Positions 1-13,311 of a stretch of DNA of 64,000 nucleotides are shown piece after piece. Under the pieces are notes generated by a model that saw only the letters and a program-made list of their open reading frames with translations, was not told where the DNA came from and made no database searches. The position numbers and the translations under genes were made by a program. This DNA comes from Entomortierella parvispora E1425 (taxonomy: Eukaryota > Fungi > Mortierellomycota), in NCBI GenBank assembly GCA_020891255.1, contig BQFW01000013.1:2542001-2606000 (forward strand), in the 5' to 3' direction. How positions within the stretch are numbered: the first letter of the stretch is position 1; each line of letters starts with the position of its first letter.

Positions 1-701
1 CTTCTCGAGCAGAGTCCATGTTTTCACCCTCGCGAGGAGGCTTCACTACCCCAACATTTTCGGACCGAACACCACCACCAGCTCCTCGGCTTGGATACCA
101 CAGTGATACTCTCATGACCCAAAGTTCGTTGGGACTTAACCACGACGGCCTCTATGGCCACAGGAGCCAAACAGGCGGCAGCAATGATGACAGGACAGGG
201 ATGACAGGATTATCAACGAGTCCAGGAGGTAGACAGGGCAGCGCACGGACGGAAACATCTGATGGCGGGTCGTTGCCTTTTACTGCGTCGACCATGACCT
301 CTACCACAACCACCACGACATCCACACGTGCCACAGCTGCTGTCGTTACTGCGTCGAGGAGAACCACCTACCCAAAGACATCGGGTCTTGGTAGCACCAC
401 GCTGAGAAGTTTCCAGGACCGGGTCCGAGCCAGCGAGATCGAGGAAAACACATCGTTTGGAGATGAGGGTGATCATCTTGAGAATCATTTGGACGACGAC
501 GAAGATGTAACACAGAATATGATGCGGTCGCCTTGTCCTCCCGGCAGGACGTTACCGTTCATGGGTTCGAAAACCGACCTAAAGAGTGTGGCGGCTGCTA
601 CAGCGGCTGCCTCATCTGCCAATGGCAGTAGCAGTAGCAGTGGTGGTGGCGGATCCTTGGGATCGCTGTTTGGTAGTGTACAGCGACCACCCTTTCTTTG
701 A
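1..701 (+). CDS. 3' end of a Ser/Thr/Gly-rich low-complexity protein; gene begins upstream of the window
   Basis: Frame of ORF 18..701 is open back to the window edge and ends ...SVQRPPFL-TGA. No recognisable domain. Confidence 0.6.
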   Translation, partial: SRAESMFSPSRGGFTTPTFSDRTPPPAPRLGYHSDTLMTQSSLGLNHDGLYGHRSQTGGSNDDRTGMTGLSTSPGGRQGSARTETSDGGSLPFTASTMTSTTTTTTSTRATAAVVTASRRTTYPKTSGLGSTTLRSFQDRVRASEIEENTSFGDEGDHLENHLDDDEDVTQNMMRSPCPPGRTLPFMGSKTDLKSVAAATAAASSANGSSSSSGGGGSLGSLFGSVQRPPFL

Positions 702-1202
702 ATAATAAACCGCTTTTGTCGATAGTATCATAGGGCTTTGTGTTTGCAATGAGGACTTGATCATTGCTCTCCCCCTCCTGGGCTTACTTCAACTGCGTTC
801 ATTCCGATCACTCACAACGGTCGGGATCGGGCTGCGACTCGGGATCTTTCAAAATCAGCGTCCTGGATTGTTTCCTTAAAAGATCTCGCTGACAAGGAGA
901 GATGCCATCTTATTTTGGGGGTACCATATTGAAAAGCGGAGTCTTTTGAGCTGTTGTAGATAGCCCTAGGCTCCTATCGTCCTCTCATCCCTCATTAAAC
1001 ATTTGCGTGACACAATCAATTCTTTCGGTCGGATTGGCAGTCCTGAACTTTGGATTAGCAAAAAAAAAAAAAAAAAAAAATGGAGGAAGAAGTGTATAGA
1101 AAGAGGCCGTAAATATCGACCAACCCAAACCTCAAGAAACTGTCAATGCCTCGGTGTTATTTATTCAATGTAGACTATTTAACGCAAATATTTCAAAGGC
1201 CC

Positions 1203-4200
1203 CTATTCTTTTTCCGCACTATATATCTGTTTTAGGGCTATCATCTTTCTTAAAAAGTCATGGATGCTTTCATTCCTAACGTTTGACTCGGCGACAAGCG
1301 GGGCGAAATCATCAATGGCGCCAAGTTGTCGAAGGAGGCCCTGCTCCTCCCCGAGTCCTGTCGCTCCAGATACATTTGCGTCAGAGAGACACAACCGCTT
1401 TGGCATGCATCCCCAGACCAAACGGAAACGAACGCTATCTTCACCCTCCTCAATGACCCTCCAGACGCACACAGATTTGTCGAGACTGCCTGTGACAAAC
1501 TCGAGACTGCCCTCTTGTGGATTACAGGCAATATTGCACGTCTCCAGTCCGGGTACTTGAAGAATAGCCTTGAATGTCGCCACCACTTCCTTATTCTCAT
1601 GGACTGTAACCCTCCACAGGCGGATTGCGAGGTCAATACTTTTGATGACAAGCCAGCCACTAGATGACCACGCCATTGCGACAGCAAACAGTTCTCCTCC
1701 ATGTTTTAAACTGGTTCTCGTGACGGTCTTGAACTCCTCCGCTTGCACATCCCAAATCCTGAGTGTTTCTCCCATATGATCACAAATGATGATCATCCGA
1801 CCGCAGGGCGAGTAGCAAAATTTCACCCAAGTGGGAATATCAAATTCCGTGCGTCTGGCGCTGACCATGCTCCAGAGATATGTTTTGCAGTCCCGGCAGC
1901 TGCTCGCAAGTTGACTACCGTCTGGTGAAAAATTGAGACTCAATATTTCATCTGGGTGTCCTTTCCAGGTTTCCACTAGCCTGCAAGACTGCACATCCCA
2001 AATCCGAATGACCCCATCTCGATCCCCAGAGGCCATCCAGTGACGGCATCGTGTATATGTAAAAATACAGCCAATCTTGGTGCTGTCCTTAGGCTCGGCT
2101 ATTTCCATACCACCGGAAAGATCATATTCCTGGAACCGTGTGCTCTGCCCTGGAGTCATTTCAGGGAACATAACATGGCAAGCAGGGCTTTCGTGTGCAG
2201 AGGCATGTTGATGACTGCTCTGGATGCATGTGAAACAGTCATCCAACCCCTCGGAGTGAACGGGCGTTCCTGTCCTCGCATCCCAAGACTGCACCGTCCA
2301 GTTATCTAGGCTGCTCAGGAGAACAGAGTTACCATCGAAAGAATACCCGATGCAGGGTGTGCTTTCATAGATCCCAGATGGCATCGAGAATCTGACACTT
2401 TCCTGCTGTAGAAAATCGTTGTTGAAACTCAGATCCCAGAGGCGCATTGTATATTGTTGAGCGCTGATGACTTTTTGGTTGCTTGAGAAGTACACCCCGC
2501 GCCCTTCTCCCCCCTCTGCCTTCCATGTTCTGACAAGTTGTCCGGTGTGTGATTTCCAGACTCTAATCCATCCACCGTCGTCCAAAGATACAATCCACTG
2601 ACCATCGCCTGAGAATGCGACACTGGAAATCGACGTTGTGTGCCCCAACAGGATACGAGATTCGTTTGATCCACTTAAAAGATCCCACAGGTACAGGTTA
2701 GTGGAAGAGGTTGGGACATCACAGCTATCGCAACCTACAACCAAGTGCTGACCTTCTGGTGAAATAGCAATGCATGATGTGCCTTGCGGCACATACCCTA
2801 TGGTTTGCCCAGGATGCCAAGGAGCCTGTGCGTCTAACACCCGTGCTTCCCACTGCCCGTCATTTTGACACCGGCCGGTCACTGCAATTCGCCGACCATC
2901 TTTGGACCATGCAACTTGAGCCACGTGGAACCCATCGCCTTCGAGGGCCATCAGGCGCGTGCCAGAATATACGTCCCATATCCACATCACGCCGTCACGG
3001 TTGACAGCGACAAGCTGGCAGTTGTCAGGGGAGAATTCGGCTTTGTCCGCCTGTTTAAGCATCTTGCCGGACAAGAGAACATTTGCGCCACGAAGGAAGC
3101 TCCAAATGAGCAGCTGTGGCTCTACCTGCCCGCAGAGTGGCACACCCCTCGTTTGACGCAGGGCCACATACATGCCATTGTTTGATACGGCCAGGATTTT
3201 GGTGTCCCTGTAGCTCTCCTCATTCAGTGCTCCGAGTATCTGCCAAGAACCAGATGTGTCGTAAATGTGAATCCCGCCATCTTCCATCTGAACGCCAATC
3301 TTTGTTCCATCTGACGAGATGGCGCTTGAGTGCAATTCTCCAGTCAAGGGGCAGATCTTTACTCCAAAATTCACACCATTCATCTTGGCATCTCGAAAGT
3401 TCGCTTGCCGTAGCCATGTCCCTTGGAGAGAAACATCTCTCAAGTCGGCATCCTGCAGCTGCACAGAGTCGAACTGTCCCTCAGATAGGTCAGCGCCTCG
3501 GATCTGTATCCCTTTAAGATCGAATCCATTAAAATGGACTCCTGCCTTGACTAAAATTGAGATGGCATTGGCTGCCGCTCGACCAACCCTGGGCTTGGCT
3601 TTTGACAGACTGATAATCTGAAAGAGTTGCTCTTTGAAGATGGCGCTTTGTGAAACACGCTCCACAAGGAAGTGAAGAATCGATGGTTCAGAGACAAGAT
3701 CCAGCTTTCCAAAGGGATGCTTGGCGATGGACAGATGTTTCTTCTTTGAATCGAAGCATTCCGTAAGGTTGAGGCAGTCTTGATTGTCCTTCTGCTCAAC
3801 ATCAAGGCCAGATGGACTTGTCTTGGGCTCAAATATCAGGCGGGAAAAGAAGTACTCAAACATGGATCGATGGCTAAATATGTATAAACTGCCAGAACGG
3901 TCCAACGGACTTGCTACTCGGCACAGTTTCGCTTTTGGATCTTCTGAAAAGAATTTCTTCTTCCATTTCGGAGCACCCACCGACGATGCATACTCAACAG
4001 CGTCCTTCAGTTCCTGGTGTTTGAAGATTGCAGCGACCAGTCGTTTCATATAATCGATTCCAGCATGAACAAAGTCGTCCTTGATATCGCAAAAGGCATG
4101 TCGATCGTCAGGGTCCATTTTTGATATTTGTGCGGCAAGACGATTCCTTTCCATCTGAAATCGGTGGATCACATAGGCGTCGTAGAGCCTGACACGGCTT

Positions 4201-6935
4201 ATTTGGATCTTGGACAGATCTGAACTGGAATCCACAAGCCCTGGGAGAGTGTCTAAAGTGATTCCGAGCAGGAACGGATTCGTGACTAGCCCAGCCAAAT
4301 GGGGGACCTGATTGATGGTGCCTATGAATCGTTCTGCAATCCAGCCTATAGGCGATTGGGTGTCAGGCGACATGAGGTACTGCTCGACATAGTTTTGGAT
4401 TTGGTCTTGTCTGAATGGAACAATAGCTGCTTCTTCAAAGAGGTCTGAACCATTGGACCGAATGTTGCTGTATACTTCATCTGCGTGAGGCTGAAAGTAT
4501 GCCCGGTAGTCTCGTCCAACAAACTGACTGCGACAGCTGATGGTCATCTTCATGTTCCATTGCCATAGTCGACTATCGTCGTAAAGATTGGAAAGTCCTC
4601 TGCGCTCATCATATCCATCGCAAATCAGGATGAGCCGTCGACTTTCCTTCAATCTTAAAATTTGTTTTTCTGAAAACAAGCCGAGCCCGGCTAGGTGTTC
4701 TTCGACCATTTTCCTGTCGTCAGTGACAGTCTTGAGGTCAATGAATAGAGGTATAAAATCCCGAGGCTTGTAAGCCCTCCAGAGCTCAAATTCCAAGTGC
4801 CTGCTGAAAGTCGACTTGCCCGACCCAGAGTCTCCAAGGATGAGGAGAACTTTGGCTTCCCCATTCATGAACAGCTGCGCCCGATCTTTCAAGGGGCTCA
4901 ATCCGGTGTTGTCTGTGGCTTTCAAGTTTGGCTTTGACATCGGCTCAACATAGATGGATCTGTCTTCATTCTTCAACCGCCTGTTATACTCTCTTGACCT
5001 TTGGCGCCGAAGTCGATCGATGAGGGTGTCCAGATCGCAGTAACTGTTAACCATGTTGAGCAAGGTGGAGGTCTTTGGCAAAGGTAGGCGTCTCCTTAGA
5101 GGATAGACCGATTCAAAGGCCTTGTCTCCTGTTCTACTGAAGCCGCGAACCAACTCTAGCGCCTTGTCCTTGACTTTTTGATTGGAGATCCTGCTCGTGT
5201 CGACGGCGCCAGTAGGAAGGTAGGTAAATGGGAGTTCCGAGATTTGGTGAACAATTGTCAATACCCATCTTCTGATATCCGGAAGTAGATCGGCGCCACT
5301 GTTGATCATATAGTACTCTTTCAGAAGGTCAAGAGCTTGGATGCGCGAGGTATCGTCCCACATAGGTTCCGCTGCAATCTCTCCAAGAAGCTGACAGGCG
5401 CGCCATTGAAAGTTGATGTTAGTGCAGGCTGGCCCACTGCTAATCGACATGTTCAGATCCTGAAATTGACCTTTTCGGGCGTACTCTTCAGCCTTCTGGA
5501 TTTCCACGAACCACCCCTTCTGAGTATCGGAACCAAAAACTCTCTTGATGAGATTGAAAAGACCGACGGTGCTATCATATACGCCGGGGAGATTCTCTGC
5601 CACACCATCAAACTGAAGTGTGATGACTCCTGACATGCCTAGTAGACCTCCTGTCAATCCAAAGATATGACGACAAAACTCCTTGCGTTTGTTCTCGTTA
5701 TGGGAAATCGCGAGCAGGAGCTGGCTCGTGTATTTGGCCTGGAATCTGACGAGTGGATCCTTGCTTTTTCGGAGTTCTGAAATGATTTCGAGCAAAGGTT
5801 TGTGCTCCTTTTCTCGATCAAAGCAGCACGCTTTGGGTGAGGCGATGAGGACTGAGAGCAAGACACTGGCGGCAAGTATCAGGTAGGCCGTGTCGTCCGT
5901 GCTTTTCTGATTTGAATCCTCGAGTCGTCCCCGCACTGACTGAAGGATCCGCGTCAAGTCGTCTTGTTTCAGAAAGTTGGCTGGTGCATCTTGGACAAGC
6001 TGAACTAGGCCAAGAAGAATATCGACGCGTAACAAGGGGGTTCTTTCAAACTCGTCGAGAAAGGACGCGACGAGCTGTCGGAAATTATCCTTGTCCAGCA
6101 TTGGTCCAACCAGTACGATTTCTCGGATGGAGTCGAGGCTTCTGGTGGGTTGTTGAATAAACTTGTCCACCATTCGATTCATCAGCTTGTGGAGATGCTC
6201 CACTTCCAGCTTATTCTCGACCATGAATTGAATCCACTTTTTCTGGTCACTACTAGCATTCGCAGGTGGGCATGATAATGCTGATGAGAGGGGCTTGGGT
6301 GCAGTAGGATTACCGGCGTATGATAGGAGCAAATTGACGCAGAGTACCAGCTGAGTAGTGTCTTCGATCGGACTATCTTCTTTCGGCACAGGAACACTGA
6401 TCTTGGTAGCAGTGCCATTGCTGGAGAAGATGTCTGCTTGTGGCCGCATTCTAGAGGGATTTTGTGCTTTAGCCAGAGACGAAATGTTTGGATTGGTGTG
6501 AGACGTTGCTGCAATGGTTGTCCTCACACCGGAGATGGGCATTGAGGTGACTCCAGAACGCAAGCTGGAAGTATTCGCCGTGGCTGAGAAGGCGATTGCG
6601 GCAGCAGTGGACACGATTGTGGTTGGTCCGGATACACTAACGGCCAAACCAGACGCTTTGCCTAATTTTAGGGCTGGCGCGGGCTGGAATGGGTGTGGCG
6701 CAGATGAACTGAGGTCGCCAGTTATTATGGATGACGATGGCAATAAGGACGGGGATCCGAGTTTTGTTCGTTTGAGTTCGGGTCCATGAAACCTGTCCGT
6801 TATTTTGTCCTTGAGATTCGATAGATTCCTCTTAGTCGACCCTCCGAACACGTTGGCGCCTATGGTACTCGTGCGCGAGCCCGACGGGGTGGAAGGTTTT
6901 CCGAACCGAGTTGGAATCGCGTTAGGGTTCGCCAT
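1203..6935 (-). CDS. NLR-like STAND protein, about 1910 aa, intronless: ARM-like helical region, NACHT, pentapeptide repeats, WD40 repeats
   Basis: Single ORF with first ATG at 6935 (MANPNAIP). Walker A GDSGSGKST (~4812-4835), Walker B LILICDGYDE, pentapeptide run GADLSEGQFDSVQLQDADLRDVSLQGTWLRQANF, multiple GH...WD-type repeats (GHTTSISSVAFS, GHPDEILSLNFSPDG). Confidence 0.92.
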   Translation of the reverse strand: MANPNAIPTRFGKPSTPSGSRTSTIGANVFGGSTKRNLSNLKDKITDRFHGPELKRTKLGSPSLLPSSSIITGDLSSSAPHPFQPAPALKLGKASGLAVSVSGPTTIVSTAAAIAFSATANTSSLRSGVTSMPISGVRTTIAATSHTNPNISSLAKAQNPSRMRPQADIFSSNGTATKISVPVPKEDSPIEDTTQLVLCVNLLLSYAGNPTAPKPLSSALSCPPANASSDQKKWIQFMVENKLEVEHLHKLMNRMVDKFIQQPTRSLDSIREIVLVGPMLDKDNFRQLVASFLDEFERTPLLRVDILLGLVQLVQDAPANFLKQDDLTRILQSVRGRLEDSNQKSTDDTAYLILAASVLLSVLIASPKACCFDREKEHKPLLEIISELRKSKDPLVRFQAKYTSQLLLAISHNENKRKEFCRHIFGLTGGLLGMSGVITLQFDGVAENLPGVYDSTVGLFNLIKRVFGSDTQKGWFVEIQKAEEYARKGQFQDLNMSISSGPACTNINFQWRACQLLGEIAAEPMWDDTSRIQALDLLKEYYMINSGADLLPDIRRWVLTIVHQISELPFTYLPTGAVDTSRISNQKVKDKALELVRGFSRTGDKAFESVYPLRRRLPLPKTSTLLNMVNSYCDLDTLIDRLRRQRSREYNRRLKNEDRSIYVEPMSKPNLKATDNTGLSPLKDRAQLFMNGEAKVLLILGDSGSGKSTFSRHLEFELWRAYKPRDFIPLFIDLKTVTDDRKMVEEHLAGLGLFSEKQILRLKESRRLILICDGYDERRGLSNLYDDSRLWQWNMKMTISCRSQFVGRDYRAYFQPHADEVYSNIRSNGSDLFEEAAIVPFRQDQIQNYVEQYLMSPDTQSPIGWIAERFIGTINQVPHLAGLVTNPFLLGITLDTLPGLVDSSSDLSKIQISRVRLYDAYVIHRFQMERNRLAAQISKMDPDDRHAFCDIKDDFVHAGIDYMKRLVAAIFKHQELKDAVEYASSVGAPKWKKKFFSEDPKAKLCRVASPLDRSGSLYIFSHRSMFEYFFSRLIFEPKTSPSGLDVEQKDNQDCLNLTECFDSKKKHLSIAKHPFGKLDLVSEPSILHFLVERVSQSAIFKEQLFQIISLSKAKPRVGRAAANAISILVKAGVHFNGFDLKGIQIRGADLSEGQFDSVQLQDADLRDVSLQGTWLRQANFRDAKMNGVNFGVKICPLTGELHSSAISSDGTKIGVQMEDGGIHIYDTSGSWQILGALNEESYRDTKILAVSNNGMYVALRQTRGVPLCGQVEPQLLIWSFLRGANVLLSGKMLKQADKAEFSPDNCQLVAVNRDGVMWIWDVYSGTRLMALEGDGFHVAQVAWSKDGRRIAVTGRCQNDGQWEARVLDAQAPWHPGQTIGYVPQGTSCIAISPEGQHLVVGCDSCDVPTSSTNLYLWDLLSGSNESRILLGHTTSISSVAFSGDGQWIVSLDDGGWIRVWKSHTGQLVRTWKAEGGEGRGVYFSSNQKVISAQQYTMRLWDLSFNNDFLQQESVRFSMPSGIYESTPCIGYSFDGNSVLLSSLDNWTVQSWDARTGTPVHSEGLDDCFTCIQSSHQHASAHESPACHVMFPEMTPGQSTRFQEYDLSGGMEIAEPKDSTKIGCIFTYTRCRHWMASGDRDGVIRIWDVQSCRLVETWKGHPDEILSLNFSPDGSQLASSCRDCKTYLWSMVSARRTEFDIPTWVKFCYSPCGRMIIICDHMGETLRIWDVQAEEFKTVTRTSLKHGGELFAVAMAWSSSGWLVIKSIDLAIRLWRVTVHENKEVVATFKAILQVPGLETCNIACNPQEGSLEFVTGSLDKSVCVWRVIEEGEDSVRFRLVWGCMPKRLCLSDANVSGATGLGEEQGLLRQLGAIDDFAPLVAESNVRNESIHDFLRKMIALKQIYSAEKE

Positions 6936-8195
6936 TGTTATTTCCCAGGAACTCAACTAGGAACTGTTATTACAAAGAGCCACGTTATTAAAATCACTTC
7001 AAACAAACAAGACTGATCTCTCCTCTCAACAGCCATATTTCCTCTTACTGAAGATGATTGATGGTCTCTAGGAGAGACGGCGGACGTGTCTTTTGATGCC
7101 AGTTATCTTGATGGCCCTTTTGCTGTAGAGAAACACAAGGGATACCTAACAAGAGGCCCAACACGTTAGATCCAGTGGCAGTTCCAAAACAAAGAGTACG
7201 ATACATTCTGTCGCCCAGCTTAACGTCTTGGATACGATACCTTGAAAGTGGTTTGGACTGCAGTGCTCTGCCGGGCCGATGCTCCACGCTCTGGTTGTTG
7301 GTGATGGAAATAATTGAATAGTCTGGTGCATGCAGAATAGGAATCGTTAGAGATGCTGTTAACTTTGGTGAAGTGATATTATAGAAAACATATGAACACC
7401 TTACTGAACGATGCTACAGCGTTTTCTTGCTGTCAGGGGCAGCAAAGGATATCGAACCAACTTTGGCAGTCTATAGCACGTATCCAACACAAAGTGTCTG
7501 CGGTGCTTGCTCTGGCTGGCACAGAATAGCTGAACAATACACCAGACTGATAATTGAGAACTGGCCGACGGGTATTGGTTTTATATAGCAAATGGCAAAT
7601 ATTCGATAATGAAGAAGCAAAAGTAAAAATGAAGGAATGGAGATGATGGAGGAATGCAATGAGGCATGTCAGTTGGGCCGGACACGAGTCAAAGAGTAAC
7701 AACAGGAAAAAAAAAAATAGTCGGCTTTACTTCGCCTTTGCCCCACTTCAAATCGGTAGCACCCCCAGCAGCTAGTCGGCTGTGCATTGCAAGGTCAACT
7801 GAAGAGCACGTTACTCGAACCTTGAGTTCCTTCCAGCCTTGTACGATGGGTAGGAAAGGGAGAGAGAGAGAAGGTACCACGACGAGAGCATCGCATACCA
7901 ACACCGCCGTAAGAGCCCCCCAGCTCTAAGATCACGCTGAGCATTATAAGCAGAACGATCGCATGCTGGCCGGCCAACAAATGAGAAGTGTAAGAACGCC
8001 ATGACATATTGAGTGGGCTGCAGCTGGTGCAAGAAAAATGTTACATACTTCAGCTGAAGAGGAAATCCACCATCCATGCTGCTGCCCTCCCGTTACAGCT
8101 GTCGATTTTTTGATTGAGAAAACATATATTATTACATGCGTATACTACGTGTCCGCCTCTAATGCCTTCATATTCCGTTTCTTTTGTTGGGGTCC

Positions 8196-10153
<1,958 letters not shown>

Positions 10154-10245
10154 GTTGATGCGGATGTAGATGAATAAATGGAGGGAAAAGAAAAGAAAAG
10201 AAAAAAAACAGAGCAGAGAGGCAATGCAGAGGGAAACAAAGAGGA

Positions 10246-10272
10246 ACGCGTTCGTTCACCGTTTGCGCGCGT
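10246..10272. promoter_or_regulatory. Candidate G1/S (MCB / E2F-like) elements upstream of HAT1
   Basis: ACGCGT at 10246-10251 and TTTGCGCGCG at 10262-10271, about 95-120 nt upstream of the HAT1 ATG. Confidence 0.35.
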
Positions 10273-10842
10273 GCCGCTCAGTGTTTATTGTTGGAAGGAT
10301 TGCAAGTCACAAATTTACGTGAGCTGCTGACTCGCCTCACTTGCAGACAGACGAAGGGACAGCACAGGCAAGAACGTTGGTCTGATCGGAAGGAGTATCA
10401 AAAGAAACAAAAACAAACAAACTAAAAAAGGGTCGAGAAGGAAGGAGATGTAGGCGAGAAGCCACGTTGCGTCCTGAACGTTCGTCTTCAGGCTTGCCTC
10501 GTCTCTTTCCTGTCCCGTCGGACCAGGCGTAGATCCCACTGTGGGTGCTGCTCCTGTCGTCGTCGTCGCCGCTGACCGCCGTCGATACCGTCGTTACTCA
10601 CGCATACACTACAGTGTTACCATTGTTGAAAATGGAAAGGTGTTCATCACCAAGAAGACAAAGGGTAGGAAGGCACTGAAACATGGAAAAAACATGAGCC
10701 TGCTCTCTCCGCAGGCAAAAGTATTGCATCTGGAAACTGAAGATGCAAAGAAACAAAACGAGCAGAATGAAAATAATATAAAAAAAAAGAAATAAAGATG
10801 ATGCGTCGTTGTGTTTGTCCTCTCCCCCACCGGTTCCATTTT

Positions 10843-12751
10843 TTACAGCATGTCCATTTCGCCGGCAACAAAGTCGTCGTGTCGCAGACTAGAAAATAGT
10901 CATAGAGACGGATCCGTTGGGTCAATATACAATGACTCCAGAGCATGCCCCTTGTTCAAGATAAACATAAACAAAAAGACATTCGTCTTACCTCCGCCGT
11001 CGAGGCGCAAAGCCGATATCATCCTCGCTCATGTCTGAAAAGTCGTCATCTTCCGAAGGTGCGCCATAGCTATACTCATGAGAAATAGACAAATAAAAAA
11101 AAAGTCGAGTCAGTCATTATCTGTATGGAAGAAACCTTCATCCATATGAAATCGCAAAGAAGACGATTACCTGACTCCTCGCATAGTGAAATAGATGATA
11201 CGTTTCATCTTTTTGTTGAAGAAAAAGTAGTTGAAGGACCATCTAACCAATCACGATCATAGGTCGTGGGTTAGATACACAAAGACGCGACAGCCAACTG
11301 AGCAAGGCAGTCAACAGATGACATAATGATCATGTTGCTTACAACGTGCCGGCCCCTTCCTCGTCGTTCGGGTCGGAATCGCTTTCAGGGTTGTAGCTAT
11401 ACACGTCCGAGTCTTCAAAGTCGATCAGAGAATCAATGGCATCCCAGATCCGGAGATCCTTGACGGCCCGAGTGTTGCCATGGCTCAAGAGGGTCAAGTT
11501 CACAGAGTTGATCACCATGGCCACAGAGGTCTCTTTCCGGAATTGTTCAGGCTTGACTTCTCTAAGAACGAGTACGAAAAGGGGGTTGTTGGGCGTCGTC
11601 AGAAGACTTGTATTTTTTTTTTTTTTTTTTTTTTTCAAAAGACCAGGGCTGTGATGCATGGTTGATGCATGGTCGTACTCTCTAGAAAGGATTGTCACTA
11701 TTGCCATGTTTGTTGTTGCTGTTGTTGTTGTTGTTGGGGAAAGGTTGTGCATCTTCCCGTCTGCCTTCTTTCTTTTCGAAAGAGAGAAACAACATCGAGC
11801 CAGGCACCAAAAACTGCATCCACGAATAGCCTTGTAGCAAAAACTCGTGCTAACTCGAACCTTGTTTTCCACAGGCTCTCCAGTCTGTCCGTTGGCCAAT
11901 TCGCCACATGAACAACTGTATTCGGTCATAAATTGGGTTCCCGATCCGTCATTTTCGTGAACGGACGCACCCCAGGGCATCTCGAGTCTCAAAGAAAAAG
12001 AAAAAAAACTCGATCCACAGACGCGATGACCATTGTTCTGTTGCTGAACGTGGGGGAACGAGCGACCTCAAGGGCGCCCACCCAAAAAAAAAAAGTCACA
12101 GAGAAACCAACGAAACGCCCAACGCCCAGAGCAAAGCCCCAGGGTCGACTTTGCCCGTCCCTGCTGTGGGCAATTGAAGAAAAAGCAAGTGGGAACACTT
12201 ACGAAAAGTCATAGTCCGGGAAGGAGGCATTGAGGGTGCCGATCAAGTAGAACAATGTACGTCTTGAAGCAGCTTGATCCAAGGGCCCAAAAGGCGAGAT
12301 AATATATCGGAATCCATCGTCCTCTGGAGGACTGTGGGAAGGGTCGTACTTGATCTCGATTTGCTTGTACAGCTTCTTGTCGGATCCTGCTGCTTTGCCT
12401 GTTAGGGATGGTCGGAGGTTGATGGGGTTCAAAGAGCGAGCTTAGGAGAGTGTACTCTTTTTTTTTTTTTGGTGGCAACAGGTGTGGAAGTGTGGCAAAA
12501 GGAACAAAGAATGCACCATCTCTCTCTCTCTATTTTTTTTTTCTTCTTCTTCTTTCGCGTCGAAATGCGAGGTCACGAGCACAAAGATGCATCGAGACAG
12601 AGAGGGCTTGCTGCAGTTAAAAGCGACAACAGATGGAGGAAATGACCTTACAAGAGTAGGGCTCGATGCTTCCAAAGACTCTGCATTCAGGCGTTTCAAA
12701 AGCGAGCGCGCTGTTGAGGGTCTCGAGGCCGTCCAACTGGAGAAACTTCAT
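10843..12751 (-). CDS. MAF1: Repressor of RNA polymerase III transcription Maf1, multi-exon
   Basis: [16 protein letters not shown]...[17 protein letters not shown]; [32 protein letters not shown]; [20 protein letters not shown]; [18 protein letters not shown]; ends GEMDML-TAA. Confidence 0.93.
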
Positions 12752-13311
12752 TTGTGCGAGAACGTGCAAAAGACGAAAGTGAAGGAAAGAGAAGAACGGA
12801 AGAAGGGGGGCCTTTAAGCAAGGAATGAGGCGGAATGGTGCAAGGTGGAATGAGGAGTGAGTGATGGGCTTGTTTGAAAGAGAAAGAAGTAAGAAAAGAG
12901 GAGCGATGCTGACCAGACGGATAGATAGAAGACACAGGACAAAAAAAATGCACGCCGTGAAAGCTTGTCTGTCCCCTGTCCCCAGCCAACGTGCCTGCGC
13001 CCGACCGTGTTCACTGGCCGCGACTCGCACGCTGTGGGTCTCGACCAACCGATATGAGTGATGGAGCGCCACCAATTTTTTTTATTTTTTTTTTTTTATT
13101 TTTTTGGCCTTCTTGCTTGTCTGTCTTCATCATCCACACACGCTCTCCTCTTTGCTCGTGAAGAAGTTCTCGCTGGCTAGTGGTTGTTTGGATATTTACA
13201 AGTTTTATTATGCTTTTGTTTCTTGTCATCTAGAATAGACACATCGGTGTCTCGACATTCTTTTGGTCATATTGGAGAGGAGGCTGCTGGTTTTTTTTTT
13301 GTTGTATGTCT

